Below, piece by piece: positions 13,305-27,849 of a stretch of 64,000 nucleotides of DNA. The stretch is from Octopus sinensis. Taxonomy: Eukaryota. The translations under genes and the position numbers were made by a program. Below the pieces are notes generated by a model. That model did not search any database. It was not told the origin of the DNA and saw nothing but the letters and a program-made list of their open reading frames with translations. Position 1 is the stretch's first letter; each line of letters opens with the position of its first letter. The DNA lies in contig NC_043003.1 of assembly GCF_006345805.1 (NCBI RefSeq), positions 116,684,001 to 116,748,000 on the forward strand, given 5' to 3'.

Positions 13305-15046
13305 TTAGCACAATCGGTCGAGAGGTAGTTGACTTGGGTGGTTTTGGTTCTTCTTTAGAATAGGTTACGCTGTTGCATTCCTTTCAATCGTCAAGCTATG
13401 TTGCTGTAGTGATCGAGAAATTAAGGAGTTTAGTGTGTTGAAACAAGTTCTACAGTGCATTGCTTAAAGAGTAATCTAAGGGTCAATGTCAGGGCCGATG
13501 GCCTTGCTCAAAGCAAGCAATTGGAATTATATCTGCCCTTGGTATGTGTGTAAGTTTGATGGTGAACCTAAGGGAGTGTATGGAGGAGTTTGGCAAAGAG
13601 TACAGTTGGCAGGAAACAGGCAGCAAATGAGGCAGATGTCTCTATAAAGGGTGTAGTACTTGCAGAGCTACCGTTATTTAAAAGAGGAGATGCGTATAAT
13701 TTTGCAATGTTTGTAAAGATGCTTTTGCCAAGGAACCCAACGAATTGGCTGCTGCTTAGGAAGTGAGAAAGCTGAAGAGGCTTGTAACTCACGAAAGCAT
13801 CCATTGCAAGCCGCATTGTGTAATCTTTGTGTGCATTTAGAGTTATTCGGGATAATATTTTTTACCTGTTTTAAGTCCGTCGATTACAAAGGTGACAGGG
13901 TCCTTTGTCTCTGGCCCCGGTTTGTTAAACTACTTCAGATATCATCTGAAGAGCAAGATAGGGTTGGAGAGGAGGAACCTGTCACGGACAGAGTATGTGA
14001 AACGTTGAAAGGACGTGATGAGAAAGGTGGGTGTGAGTAACCCAGTTTAATCATCAATGAAAGGAGAAAATAGTTGCTGGGCCTTTCAGACTCCCGGGTA
14101 AAATTATGTACTGTTTTATTTATTTTCTAATTTAAAAAAAAGATAAATTTAAAGTCTAGTGTTATATTTATTATTCTAAATTTTTAAATATCATACGAAC
14201 TACATAACATTTTTGTAATTGTGTTTTGTCCAGTAGTGTCCTATCTTTGTATCGATTTTTATGATCATAATAAAGAATTATCGTTACTGCTCGTGATTCC
14301 TTATTGTTGTTGTAATTGTTAATGTTGTCATACTTATATCAGTCGTAATTGTGTAACCGTATGATGAAAGCTATTCTAGAATAGACAATTTTCTCATATT
14401 TTTTTCAAAAACAGTACAGCTTTACAAAGTTTTCTTTCTTCTGTAAGTCGATAAGGTGTAATTCGAGGTAGCTATACCTGGTAATTTATGTAGATCGACT
14501 TGGCTCTTATATTTAAGTGTCTTTGCTTGTTGGAGTAAATGTTGGTGATTAACTGTAGGCAAATTCCAGTCTAGACGCTTTGCGATCAAAACTATTCTGG
14601 CCATATTTATTTTCCTGAGCTACAACGAACCAAGTCATCACTAGCAAAATAGACATCCTTTTTAAGCATGTGATTGTGGGATTTGGGGCAGATGTGACTG
14701 CTATATCTTTGCTTCACCTACAGAAAACAACCAGACAAATCACCACTAAATAACATTTTCGATCTTAGAAAAAACAAAATCAATAAGTAACACAGACTTA
14801 AGTTTCGTACAACTATAGGAAAAGTCGGGATGGTCATAACGGGAAGGTTTTTAATCACAAATCTACTGAATCAGATTTTCTTTAGGGCTAAACAACCACG
14901 ACCACAAGACAAATAACAATTACATGCTTTTCCTGTTTGTGCTTGTCTGTGTGTCTGTGTGTGTGGTAACGTCTTTTCATATATGTATATATTACATAGA
15001 TTCAACTGGGACGTTACTATAGACACACATCAATAATATATGGTAT

Positions 15047-15110
<64 letters not shown>

Positions 15111-15114
15111 ATAT

Positions 15115-15183
<69 letters not shown>

Positions 15184-15184
15184 G

Positions 15185-15217
<33 letters not shown>

Positions 15218-15223
15218 ATATAT

Positions 15224-15275
<52 letters not shown>

Positions 15276-15292
15276 TATATAATAATATATAT

Positions 15293-15323
<31 letters not shown>

Positions 15324-15330
15324 CATACAT

Positions 15331-15464
<134 letters not shown>

Positions 15465-15485
15465 GTATATATGTATGTATATATA

Positions 15486-15532
<47 letters not shown>

Positions 15533-15593
15533 ATATAAATGACTGAAACACTATATTAGATACATTCACGGGACGTTACTATATACACTCATC

Positions 15594-15633
<40 letters not shown>

Positions 15634-16496
15634 ATAAATGAATTTGAAATACTGGTAATAGCCAGAAGCGAAGTTGGCTAAAATACAAGAATATATTTGT
15701 GTGCAACACACTTACAAACACATACATACACACTTGTACAAACACACACATACACTTAAACACAAGCATTTGCATAGTTACATAGACACATAAACGCACG
15801 CACAAATATATATATATATATATTGTCATTAACACATCAAGAGTATATCCGTATGCAATTCTCTTTATCTGTCTCTCACTCACACACATCTACTCAAACA
15901 CACACACACACACACACACACACATAAATGCGTATGCGCGGTGATATATTCCTTGCCAGATCGTACCTCCACTCACTCGTGCATCTACATTCAACGACAC
16001 ATATCTTCATGTTAACTTAGTCATACGTGTTCTGTAACGGTAACAACATTCAAACTCACAAGTTACACACATATATACAAACAACCATACAACGTTCGCA
16101 TGCTTATAGACAAATATATACATATATATATATATATATATACACACAAATAATTTACACATAGAAAGACGTACATAGTCAGACTTACACAGTCGTCACT
16201 CACGCATATACATACATACGCACAGGCACTTTCAATCGCACGCACACAGAAACACACAGAAACACACGCATACACACTCATCCACACACATTCGGCTAAA
16301 TATATTCGAACTCCCGCGCATTCTCAAATATACAATTATTTACACACCGCTGCTCCCGTATACTAGGAAATATATACACCCACATACGAGGCATCAGAGG
16401 CGGTAAGTCTGTTTATACACACACACATACACAAATATATATATATATACACACACACACCATACACACCACACCCCACACCACACACCACACACA

Positions 16497-16546
<50 letters not shown>

Positions 16547-16564
16547 GCATATATATATATACAC

Positions 16565-16656
16565 ATACCTTCGCCAAGAGAAGTAGACATTTATACAACG
16601 TCACACACTGAATATGCATATTCGCAAACTCACACACATAAGTGCTACTACCACAC

Positions 16657-16730
<74 letters not shown>

Positions 16731-16865
16731 TTATGCAAATATATATATATACACACACCATCGCCAACAGAAGTACACATTTATACAACGTCACACACTG
16801 AATATGCATATTCGTAAACTCACACACATAAGTGCTACTACTACTACCACACCTACACACACACA
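16565..16865. repeat. Tandem duplication, 190-bp period
   Basis: TCGCCAA...CATTTATACAACGTCACACACTGAATATGCATATTCG...AAGTGCTACTAC starts at 16571 and 16761. Confidence 0.9.
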
Positions 16866-17284
16866 TACACACACACACACATACACACACACACACATAC
16901 ACACACAAACACGCCCCACACATTCACATGTGCGTGCGTGCGTGCGTGTGTGTCCATGAAGTTAGTCCAAATTGAGCAGGTAATCAGCCATCTCTGATTG
17001 ATTCGTAAAATTGGTTGCAGTCATTTTAACGATGCCTGCAGCTAGAGACGGGGTTTTCGGCGTTAGTTTTACTTCCAGAAATATCATGAAGTGTCATTTT
17101 CATACGTGACTCGAAAATAAAACTTTACCTTAATCATCAAAACTGTTCATTTAAAACTTGTCTTCTTCTGTTTTTGGTTTTTAATTTTATTCTATAACAG
17201 CTCTTAGAAATACTCTCATATTTCTCCATTTCTCGATCTCACCACCTCTCTCTTTCTCTTTTCCTTTTCCTCCCTTTCTCTCTT

Positions 17285-17322
<38 letters not shown>

Positions 17323-17697
17323 GTATATTAAATTCTTCCGCCATTATTCACTCTCTCGCTGCCTATACTGAGTCCCACCTCTCCCCATCCCTCTTTCTCG
17401 CCTATTGCTTTCACTACTGCCCCCTACCTCTGTCCCCTCTCCCACTCTCTTTACATAGGTTTCTTGTTTAAAATATTCTTCTTCTCTTTCTTAAACTCTC
17501 CCCCCCTCTCTCTCTCTTCTGCTTCATCTCTACATTTTGCACCAGTCTTTTTCTTTGTTTTTTGTTTGTATTTTTACTTTTCTCTAGTTTACTGACTTAT
17601 AACTTTGTTTTAAATTGCACAAATAGCAATATCTGTAAGTAGCTTTTCCCTCTCTCAATCTCTCTCTCCTTCTCTTTCTCCACACACACACATACAA

Positions 17698-17920
17698 GCC
17701 TATGTATATTGTATGAGCGTACATATTTATGCGTGTATGTATGCATCTATACATGTGCATATATATGTATATATATATATATATGTGTGTGTATCATATT
17801 ATATATATATATATAATATGATGCACACACATACACACACACACACATATATATATATATACACATGTATACATGCATACATACACGCATAAATTGTACG
17901 CTCATACAATATACATAGGC
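17698..17920. repeat. Foldback inverted repeat, ~60-bp arms around a microsatellite
   Basis: 17698-17757 is the reverse complement of 17862-17920 with one mismatch and one indel. Confidence 0.85.
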
Positions 17921-19555
17921 TATATATATACATATATATATTATATTATATATATATATATATATATATCATAACATATATATAGTATATAATACACATA
18001 CATGCATACACACACACAAAGAGAAAGAGAGAAACAACCAGAGAAGCAGACAGACAGGCAGAGAGATACACAGCCACATACATCAAGAGTTACACAGATA
18101 TTGTTATATTTTGGCATTGTTAGCGCACCCGTTATGTAGACATATTTAACCCTTAACTCCGTTTCTCTCTTCGTGCATACCAAATACCCACCAACATATT
18201 GTTCTCAACATTGCTTTCTCTACACCACATTTCCCCCTCATAATTAAACTAATTTAGTTTCATTCTTTTTTAAAAAAAACTCCACTTGAAATCTAACAAA
18301 CGTGTGTTCCCAACCACTTTACCCTTTTCCTTCAGACTATATGACCTTAATTGTCTTTAAAATAAACATACCCAACTTAAAATTCTTTTCTCACAAACAA
18401 ACCTTATAACCGCTACACCACTCCTTGCATATTTTAATCTTTGTTCCGGCTTCTAATCCTTAGCGCCGCTAAAATAAAAAACGAAGCATTCATAATTTTG
18501 GTACTCGCAAAATCCCTAATTATCTGCCCTTCTACCCTCTTCCTAATTGCAACACCACGCTACCCACCACAATGGCTGACAAATTCAATTTATCCAGATT
18601 ATTTTCTAATTTCCTAAACAAACCTTTTGTCCATACGAACAGATACATCTTACCGATACAAACAAACACACTTCCCTACTAGCACACAGAAAACCAGTAA
18701 ATGCAATTAAAATTAAAAATACAAATATACAACCAGATAAATTAGAGTTCATAGAAATGTGAATTAATCAAACTCGTTCGAAATATGCGTCATTTTATAT
18801 TGTTTTTCGAAATTCCAAGAGCCTGAGTTTTCCCACTGATATATATAACTTTTAATATCTACAAAACTTACAAAACAATTTTGATAGACTTTTCCATAGT
18901 ACATATGTTACGGCTTTCTCTAGATGTATATGTACACACACATACATACGTACATACATACACAGACACACACACACATATATGTTTTGTATATACATCT
19001 TTATAGATGTGTTGTGTTTGCGTGTTTGTGAGTATGTGTGTCAGAATGCAACAATTTATGAGTAAATCTTCGTAAAATTACGATTGAAACCGGTAACATG
19101 TTTTAATAGAAATGTAAATATTATGCCTTTCTTTACTCTCTGATGCATTGATAAAGATTTCAAATCATTTTCTTTTTATTTCCCGTATAAATTGGCCCCA
19201 TTTATTCGTGAGAAACAGAACCTGTACTCATATATATATATATTAATATGGCTATTTTTAAAATGCTAGATTCACTCATACACATTCTATCGATGTCCCC
19301 GAATTGTTCTGAAAGCCTGCGATGAATTTCAACCCAAGTCACATTTTAGGACCAGAGAAATCGGATCACTCATCTCTCTTTTTCCTCACTACACATTGCT
19401 AACGAAGCGGCCATGTTTACCCAGTAACACAAGAAAGGGTCCTGGATTGATCAAGTCAAACATTGTTCACGTAACAGGAACAGTAGCACCTTTTAGCACG
19501 TGAGCACTGAAGGCAGCGCCACCAAACTAAAGAAAATTTAGTCAAAGTGCAGATA

Positions 19556-19978
19556 GGCGTAGGAGTGGCTGTGTGGTAAGTAGCTTGCTTACCAACCACA
19601 TGGTTCCGGGTTCATTCCCACTGCATGTCTCCTTCGGCAAGTGTCTTCTACTATAGCCTCGGGCCTACCAAAGCCTTGTGAGTGGATTTGGTAGACGGAA
19701 ACTGAAAGAAGCCCGTCATATATATGTATATATATATATGTATATATATATGTATGTGTGTGTATATGTTTGTGTGTCTTTGTTTGTCCCTCCAATATCG
19801 CTTGACAACCGATGCTGGTGTGTTTACGTCCCCGTAACTTAGCGGTTCGGCAAAAGAGACCGATAGAATAAGTACAAGGCTCACAAAGAATAAGTCCTGG
19901 GGCCGATTTGCTCGACTAAAGGCGGTGCTCCAGCATGGTCACAGACACATGACTGAAAGAAGTAAAAGTGTAAAGAGT
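19556..19978 (+). mobile_element. SINE family A
   Basis: Full-length match to other family-A copies. Confidence 0.9.
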
Positions 19979-20566
19979 ATAGTTTTTGACTTCGTGTAGA
20001 AATAGGATTGCTCAGTTTACTTCGAAATACCGCTGGTGATGCTACATTTAAGCTGAGAATAGGAAAAGCAGACTTTGGACATATATAGTTGCTGTTGCAT
20101 TTTGTTTGAGCTTAGTCATGCGGTCTCTCAACAAGAGGGGCGACATACAATCGAGATGGTATCAATGAATGGCAGTGATCAGAATGTAATCTATGATGAG
20201 AGCGGGTAAGGAATGAAGAAGTTAACACTAAATGATGGGTCATGGTAGTTACAGAAACTATGCAGAGATTACTGTGTGGAACAGATGATTGATAAAACAG
20301 TAAAATAGTTACGGGAGATAACATAAGAATATGGAAATTTAATTTGAGAGTTTGGAGGAATGGTGAATGTATATATCAGTGAAAATGAAAAGCACATTTG
20401 TGTAGACCAGCTAAACGTAATCATCTTCAGATTAAATTAAAAAATCAGCATCTATAACGGTACGTTGTTAGTTAGTTTAAAGGGTTTTATGGCTGTCATT
20501 ACGTTACGCAAATTTTGAGATCTAGTTTTCGAACGTTCAGGAGATTGTACTTTTGAAATTAGATTC

Positions 20567-20980
20567 TCTCTTTTATCTCTTTTACCCTCTTCTACTTGTT
20601 TCAGTCATTTGACTGCGGCCATGCTGGGGCACCGCCTTTAGTCGAGCAAATCGACCCCCAGGACTTATTCTTTAGAAGCCTAGTACTTATTCTATCGGTA
20701 TTTTTGCCGAACCGCTAAGTTACGAGGACGTAAACACAGCAGCATCGGTTGTCAAGCGATGTCGGGGGGACAAACACGGACACACAAACATATGCACACA
20801 TACATACATATATATATATACATATATACGACGGGCTTCTTTCAGTGTCCGTCTACCAAAGGTTTTGGTCGGCCTGAGGCTATAGTAGAAGACATTTGTC
20901 CAAGGTGCCACGCAGTGGGAATGAATCCGGAACCATGTGGCTGGTAAGCAAGCTACTTACCACACAGCCACTCCTGCGCC
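20567..20980 (-). mobile_element. SINE family A
   Basis: Full-length reverse copy. Confidence 0.9.
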
Positions 20981-21383
20981 AATAAACGAATAATAACATT
21001 TAAAGTTAGACTAATGGTTATGCAATGGGGTGATCTGATAGAATATTATAATAGGTTAAAATAATTAGTTAATCGATAAATATCAATGAAAAGATGTTGG
21101 TTTGGGAATTTTAAGTTTAAAGATAATAATTGGTCTTTGTAAAATGTTTGGCTAACGGTTGAAACACAGCTAAATAAATAGGAATGTTAAAGTCAATATG
21201 GGATGCATTTAATTTAAATTAATTCGTAACATGGGTGACATATACTCGAAATAGAGGAAAACAATTTACTAAAATGTCCTGGAAAGAATTACTTTGAAGT
21301 TCTAGTATAATCCTTCATACGAAAGCTTTAGCAATGTATATTTACGCATGCATGTGTGTGCGTGAGTGAGTGTGTGCGTAAGT

Positions 21384-21691
21384 GTTTTGTTTTTGTTCCT
21401 TCTCGAGCCATGCCTGGCTCATAAGGGCCGGTTTCCCGGTTTCTTGGCCTGCAGTTTCCCCACCTGGACGGGACGCCGGTCCGTCGCAGGTGAGCTGCAA
21501 GATGCAGGAGGAAAGAGTGAGAGAAAGTTGTAGCGAAAGAGTCAGCAGAAGCTCGCCATTAACTTCTGCTGGAGCCGCGTGGAGTTTAGGTGTTTTCGCT
21601 CATAAACACACACATCGCCCGGTCTGAGATTTGAACCGGCGATCCCTCGACCACGAGTCCGCTGATCTAACCATCTAGGCCATGTGCCTCC
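21384..21691 (-). mobile_element. SINE family C'
   Basis: Reverse copy of 12158-12459. Confidence 0.85.
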
Positions 21692-21812
21692 ACCGTGTGC
21701 GTAAGTGTGAGCGGGTGTCTGTGTATTTGTATGTGCTCGGGAGAATGTGCGTATATGTACGTATCTATCTATCTATTTATCGATAGAGAATTAAGTTCCA
21801 AGTCGTGCTGAT

Positions 21813-21861
21813 CCTTACTGATGAGGCAACGGAGATTGCCGAAACTGACGACAGTATATGG
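21813..21861 (+). ncRNA. Type-I hammerhead ribozyme, canonical core, monomer-type stem III (family 5)
   Basis: Stem I CCUUA/UAUGG (one U-U), CUGAUGA 21818-21824, stem II GGCAA/UUGCC, GAAA 21841-21844, stem III ACUG-ACGA-CAGU, GUA triplet ending 21856. Confidence 0.85.
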
Positions 21862-22142
21862 AATTCGCAATCGTTGTTTTCGGAGGATTATATTCCCTGT
21901 CAGTGTATATGTATGTAATTATATGCTTCTACTACAACATTATTTCTAGCATTGTATGTGTTTCTAACTCCCTAGTCATATTTAGTGAAAATTATGGTTT
22001 CCTTTGCGGTAAACATAGCATACGGCTATCTATATAAGGTTTATAAATACATACATACATACTTACAGACAGACAGTCAGATAGATAGATAGATATGCAT
22101 ATACATATATACATATATGTATATATATATGTGTGTATATAG

Positions 22143-22378
22143 TCTTTACTCTCTTTTATTCTTTTACTTGTTTCAGTCATTTGACTGTGGCCATGCTGGA
22201 GGACCACCTTTTATTCGAGCAAATCGACCCCAGGATTTATTCTTTGTAAGCCTAGTACTTATTCTATCGGTCTCTTTTGCCGAACCGCTAAGTTACGGAG
22301 ACGTAAACACACCAGCATCGGTTGTCAAGCGATGTTGGGGGGGGGGACAAACACAGACACACAAACACATACACATAC

Positions 22379-22409
<31 letters not shown>

Positions 22410-22576
22410 TATATACGACGGTCTTCGTTCAGTTTCCGCTACCAAATCCACTCACAAGGCTTTGGTCGGCCCGATGCTATAGTAGAAGACACTTACGCAA
22501 GGGGCCACGCAGTGGGACTGAACCCGGAAACATGTGGTTGGTAAGCAAGCTACTTACCACACACCACTCCTACGCC
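22143..22576 (-). mobile_element. SINE family A
   Basis: Full-length reverse copy. Confidence 0.9.
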
Positions 22577-22631
22577 TATATATATGTATGTATGCATATG
22601 TATATATATGTATATATATATATATATATAT

Positions 22632-22693
<62 letters not shown>

Positions 22694-22727
22694 ATATATA
22701 TATATATGTTAATATGGATGTACCTAC

Positions 22728-22905
22728 AAACAAGGACAGACAAACGGATTAAGTCGATTATATCGACCCCAGTGCGTAACTGGTACTTATTTAATCGACC
22801 CCGAAAGGATGAAAGGCAAAGTCGATCTCGGCGGAATTTGAACTCAGAACGTGGAGGCAGACGAAATACCGCAAAGCATTTCGTCCGGCATGGCTACGTT
22901 CCTAC
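22728..22905 (-). mobile_element. SINE family B (Meta/MESC-like central domain)
   Basis: Reverse of GAGTTCAAATTCCGCCGAG.TCGACTTTGCCTTTCATCCTTTCGGGGTCGA; superfamily label is from recall. Confidence 0.8.
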
Positions 22906-23034
22906 CAACTCACAGATTTCAAATTGTTGAAACAAATCTTCAATCCAAAGAACACATTGAAGTTAGGAACATCCATTTTATGTTTTACGTGTTTCACTCA
23001 TGGGACTGCGGTCATACTGGAGTACCATCTTGAA

Positions 23035-23337
23035 GGCGCATAGCTGTATGGTTAAGAGTATTCTACTCAAGATTGTCGTGTGGTGAATCGATGTTTGACA
23101 GCGCGCTGTGTCCTTGAGCAAAACACTTCATTTCTCATTGCTCCTGTCCACTCAGCTGGCAAAAAGTAGTTGCACTCGTAACACAAAGGTGTCATGCTAG
23201 ATCTTCCTAAGAACTACGTCAAGTGCAGTATTCAGCCATTTGCTGGAGTACTCAGCCAGTTGCACATTTCTTTCACGAACAGACTGTTACGTTGATCAGA
23301 TCAGCCAGAATCCTCGTTGTCATAACCGACGGAGTGC
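23035..23337 (+). mobile_element. SINE family D (CORE-like 5' half, family-C 3' tail)
   Basis: GTGTCCTTGAGCAAAACACTT core, then AAGAACTACGT...TAACCGACGGAGTGC tail shared with family C. Confidence 0.7.
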
Positions 23338-24242
23338 AATTTATGTGTGTGTGTGTGTATGTGCGTGCATGGGGGTTATGCATGTTTGCACGTATGCATT
23401 CCGTGCTAAGGTTAAAATTATATTTGAAATGTATTTATATAATCTACGTTCTGAATCGATTTTACGAATATAATTGGTTAATTATTCCTCGGAAGTTTCT
23501 ATAACAGATGTATGGCGTAGACATTGTGTTCAGAGAAACTCCATGAAATAAAATATTCCAACAATCATTATTTTAACACGCTGTGGCGGCCTCACAATCT
23601 AATTAACTAAATCGATATTATGATGCACTACTGGCCAAACAGTCGGAAGACGGAGTCTTGTCTATGCCAGTGCTCTCTGTCGAGATAATTATATTTCTTT
23701 TGGTAGACACTAACTTGCGTCAGTTGTATAGGAAATAATGGGGACGACTCACTGCTATAAGCATAAGCAGTGGCAATACAATAAATAGTGGTTATTTTAT
23801 CAACGTCCCAAACTAAGTTGGACTACCTATGTATTTACATTTGCTCTGTGTGTGATCTGAGTGGTTTGGATTATGACGTTGTATGACAAGGTATGAAAGA
23901 AGGTTTAGCGGGTATCAGATTGTATAGAATGGTTTCGTGAATGGGAAGTAAATTACTAAATCCCAAATGTAGGAATTTGTGTGCTTTTAATAGTGCATAT
24001 GAACAGACGAACCTCAAAGAGTTATATGACACAATCTGTTGGGGTTTTTTATGTATCAAATCTACCCGAATAGAACAGATCTATGGTGAACACATTCAAA
24101 TTCTCGCCAACTTATATTCCACATTTAGACTGCATGGCTTTTTCGAAATGGCAGTTATGATTTCAGTGAAAACTTGAGGCGAATAAACCCAGCGACCACA
24201 TAGTTCTGCACTTGTTGGTTTGTCAATATTCTGTTCTTATAA

Positions 24243-24650
24243 GACGGCGAGCTGGCAGAATCGTTAGCGCGCCGGGTGAAACGCTTAGCGGTATTTCGTC
24301 TGTCTTAACGTTCTGAGTTCAAATTCCGCCGAGGTCGACTTTGCCTTTCACCCTTTCGGGGTCGATAAATTAAGTACCAGTTGTGCACTGGGGTCGATAT
24401 AATCGACTTAATCCGTCTGTCTGTCCTTGTTTGTCTCCCCTGCGTTTAGCCCCTTGTGGGAAGTAAAGAAATAAGTATTTCGTCTAGCTTAACGTTCTGA
24501 GTTCAATTTCCGCCGAGGTCGACTATGTCTTTCATCCTTTCGGGGTCGATAAATTAAGTAAGTACCAATTGCGTACTGGTGTCGATCTAATCGACTATCC
24601 CGCCTTCCCGAAAATTTCCGGCCTTGCGCCTAGAGTAGAAAAGAATATTC
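24243..24650 (+). mobile_element. SINE family B tandem dimer
   Basis: Head GGCGAGCTGGCAGAA, B-box GTTCAAATTCC; second unit restarts at GTATTTCGTC (24475). Confidence 0.85.
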
Positions 24651-24841
24651 TGTTCTTAGTAAATGTGAAATTTAAAATATCCAACTTTCAACGCGTGAGA
24701 GAAAATGAAAAATAGAGAAAAGGGGAAATGTTCAAAGGAAATGTTACAAAGAGAGTAGCAAGTCGTGACAGAAGAACCTCAGAAGTTCATGTGTGTGAAT
24801 GTGTGTGTATGAGTGGATGTATCTGTAGAAGTAAATATATA

Positions 24842-25250
24842 GGCGCAGGAGTGGCTGTGTGGTAAGTAGCTTGCTAACCAACCACATGGTTCCGGGTTCA
24901 GTCCCACTGCATGGCATCTTGGGCAAGTGTCTTCTGCTATAGCCCCGGGGCGACCAATGCCTTGTGAGTAGATTTGGTAGACGGAAACTGAAAGAAGCCT
25001 GTCGTATATATGTATATATATATATGTGTGTGTGTATATGTTTGTGTGTCTGTGTTTGTCCCCCCAACATCGCTTGACAACCGATGCTAGTGTGTTTACG
25101 TCCCCGTCACTTAGCGGTTCGGCAAAAGAGACCGATAGAATAAGTACTGGGCTTACAAAGAATAAGTCCCGGTGTCGATTTGCTCGACTAAAGGCGGTGC
25201 TCCAGCATGGCCGCATTCAAATGACTGAAACAAGTAAAAAGAGTAAAAAA
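24842..25250 (+). mobile_element. SINE family A
   Basis: Full-length copy. Confidence 0.9.
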
Positions 25251-25972
25251 AAATATATGACATGGTGAGCTTCTAAATTGCCGGAGTATAAAGAGTGTTC
25301 TGTTCCATTGAAGTCTTGTACTAGAGAATGTAGCGAGAGTTTTTAGCCAGCACTATTCACAGTTCAATGATTACGTATTTAACTAGCCATAGAGCGACAG
25401 ATTATAAATCCACAATCCCTAAGGTGATTTAAATGCATTGGGCAGACCGATTTGTGTATAAAGCACATTATTGGAATCTAGTCCGATTCGTAAATTACCT
25501 GTTATATCGTTTAAATGCTACAGCAAGCTACAACAATGCAGCCAAATTTCAGGCAACTCAGAATGTAAACGTCAAATGAAAACTCTTCATAGAGAAGCAA
25601 AAAATAACATGGATTGATCGGGTAAATTCTTTAACTGGCCTCAGAGTTAAGGCTTTGAATGCCAGTATTAGTAAGGGCCGGCTATCACATATTTATGTCT
25701 ACTACTAAGAATGTTTACGCTGTTGTTTGTATTTCTGTAAGATTATAAAGAACAAACATACAAATGCAATTTTCAGGCACATATCAAAGTTTAACTAAAC
25801 ACATCTTTGATCAAAACTGTTCTAATTCCAAACATCCGGCCTCTTTACTGCTTAAAGCAGTAAATTATCTTTTCTGACGCCATGGTTTTGTAACACTTTA
25901 CTAGTAATAGTCGCATTGCAGCTTGGCAGTTATGTTTGTATATTGAGGACTACTTCGTCCAGTATCTATATG

Positions 25973-26013
<41 letters not shown>

Positions 26014-26119
26014 CATATATATATATATATAATAACAATTTCATAATTAAAACATATGCATACATACATACATATATGTACATACGTACATCTATATGTA
26101 TATATACATGCATATATGG

Positions 26120-26345
26120 TTACAGGACACCACAAATAAACGTAGAACACAAGGAGAAACAAAAACATAAAAACAAAACAAGGAAACGGACTTTTTTAAC
26201 AACGAAGAAACAGAGTACAAGACAAACAATACAAGGAAGATTCCCCTTCTTCAGCTGCCCCTGTTTCGACTCATTGCGTGTTTCGAAGGTAAGGGCAGAA
26301 CACGACTACATGGAAACAATCCTTCCCGTAAAACGAATTAAATAA
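26120..26345 (-). mobile_element. Unclassified microsatellite-embedded cassette (family 6)
   Basis: Homologous to 38840-39030 (+), including CCTTACCTTCG...CGAAACAGGG.CA.CTGAAGAAGGGGAA. Confidence 0.7.
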
Positions 26346-26384
26346 AAAAAATTTTGCGGTGGGGTAAAATAGATAGATAGACAG

Positions 26385-27316
26385 ATAGACATACATAAAT
26401 ACATAATACATACATACAAACATACAAATATACATATACATACATATAGTTTTTATTTTAGTATTTCGAATGCGGTCATGCTACTGTATCACCTAGAATA
26501 AGCGTAACTTCTGTATACTGGTTAGATATTCTTTTCTGCTAAAACGCAAAGTTATAGAATACTAAAGATTCCTATATCAGTTGCCGAAACGTTAAGAGGG
26601 AAACACATGACACACGCACACATGAACGGGAATACCCATTCACATATGCACACGGACATACCTGCACACATATTATATAAAAAAGAGAAAAGAGAGAGAA
26701 TACATGGAAACATATCGGCATGAATACATACATACATACATACATACACATACATACACACACACATACATACATATATACATACACATACATACATACA
26801 CACACATACACACATACATACATACATACATACTTACACATACACACATACATACATACACACATACATACTACATACATACATACACACATACATATAT
26901 ACAAACATTCATACATACATTCATACATACATACATGCATACATTCATACATACATGCATACATACATACATATATTCATACATACATACATACATACAT
27001 GTATGCATGCATACATACATACAATACATACATACATACTCACATACATAGTCACATACTTACAGACATACACACAGACATACATACATACATACATACA
27101 TACACACATACATACATACATGCATACATACATACATACATTCATACATACATACATCCATACACACATACATACATACACACATACATACACACATACA
27201 TACACACGTACATACATACATACATACATACATACACACATACATACAGATACACATACATACACACACACATACACATACACACATACATACACACATA
27301 CACACATACATACATA
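26385..27316. repeat. Long (TACA)n/(CA)n compound microsatellite
   Basis: Direct reading; source of many spurious ORFs. Confidence 0.95.
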
Positions 27317-27849
27317 ACAGGTTTCCGCAGGTTTGGTCGGTTACATTTACTTACAAGTCATTAGTTTACCGAGATGGCTATAAATAATGGCGCACAAAAT
27401 ATCAGACGAGAAAACTGGCGAAGAACCAAGCAGACAAATCGAAATTGCCGGTGTGTCTATCTGTGTATAGGAGACAGCATCATTCTGCTCATCTTTGCCT
27501 CTGTCCGTTTAACATCGGGTGTTAGTGTCTTTATGTCCTTCTAAGTTGGCTGTTGAGGAAAATGAGCGATGAAATATGTATCAGACTCAAAATAAATTGC
27601 AGGTTTGCTCTTATCTACGAAGCAAAATTCAAAGTGATACCGCAGCATGAGAGCAACCGCAGTCCACACTTTCACCAAAACAAGCAACCGAAAACACATG
27701 TACACACACACACACACACACACAACACACACACACACACACACACACAACCACACACACACACACACAAATAGAAAATTTTAAAAAAGCACAGACAGAA
27801 ACAAAAGTCAAGTAGACGTCTACAGTGAATATATTAGCTTGGCGGACAG

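Noticed and set aside
13330-14040. Decayed RT-like coding block (LS*VTSLF)
   Set aside because: A single weak motif with no ordered downstream RT motifs.
20112-20324. APE-endonuclease-like IIDYILIT motif on the minus strand
   Set aside because: An isolated motif; the SDH motif is not preserved in frame.
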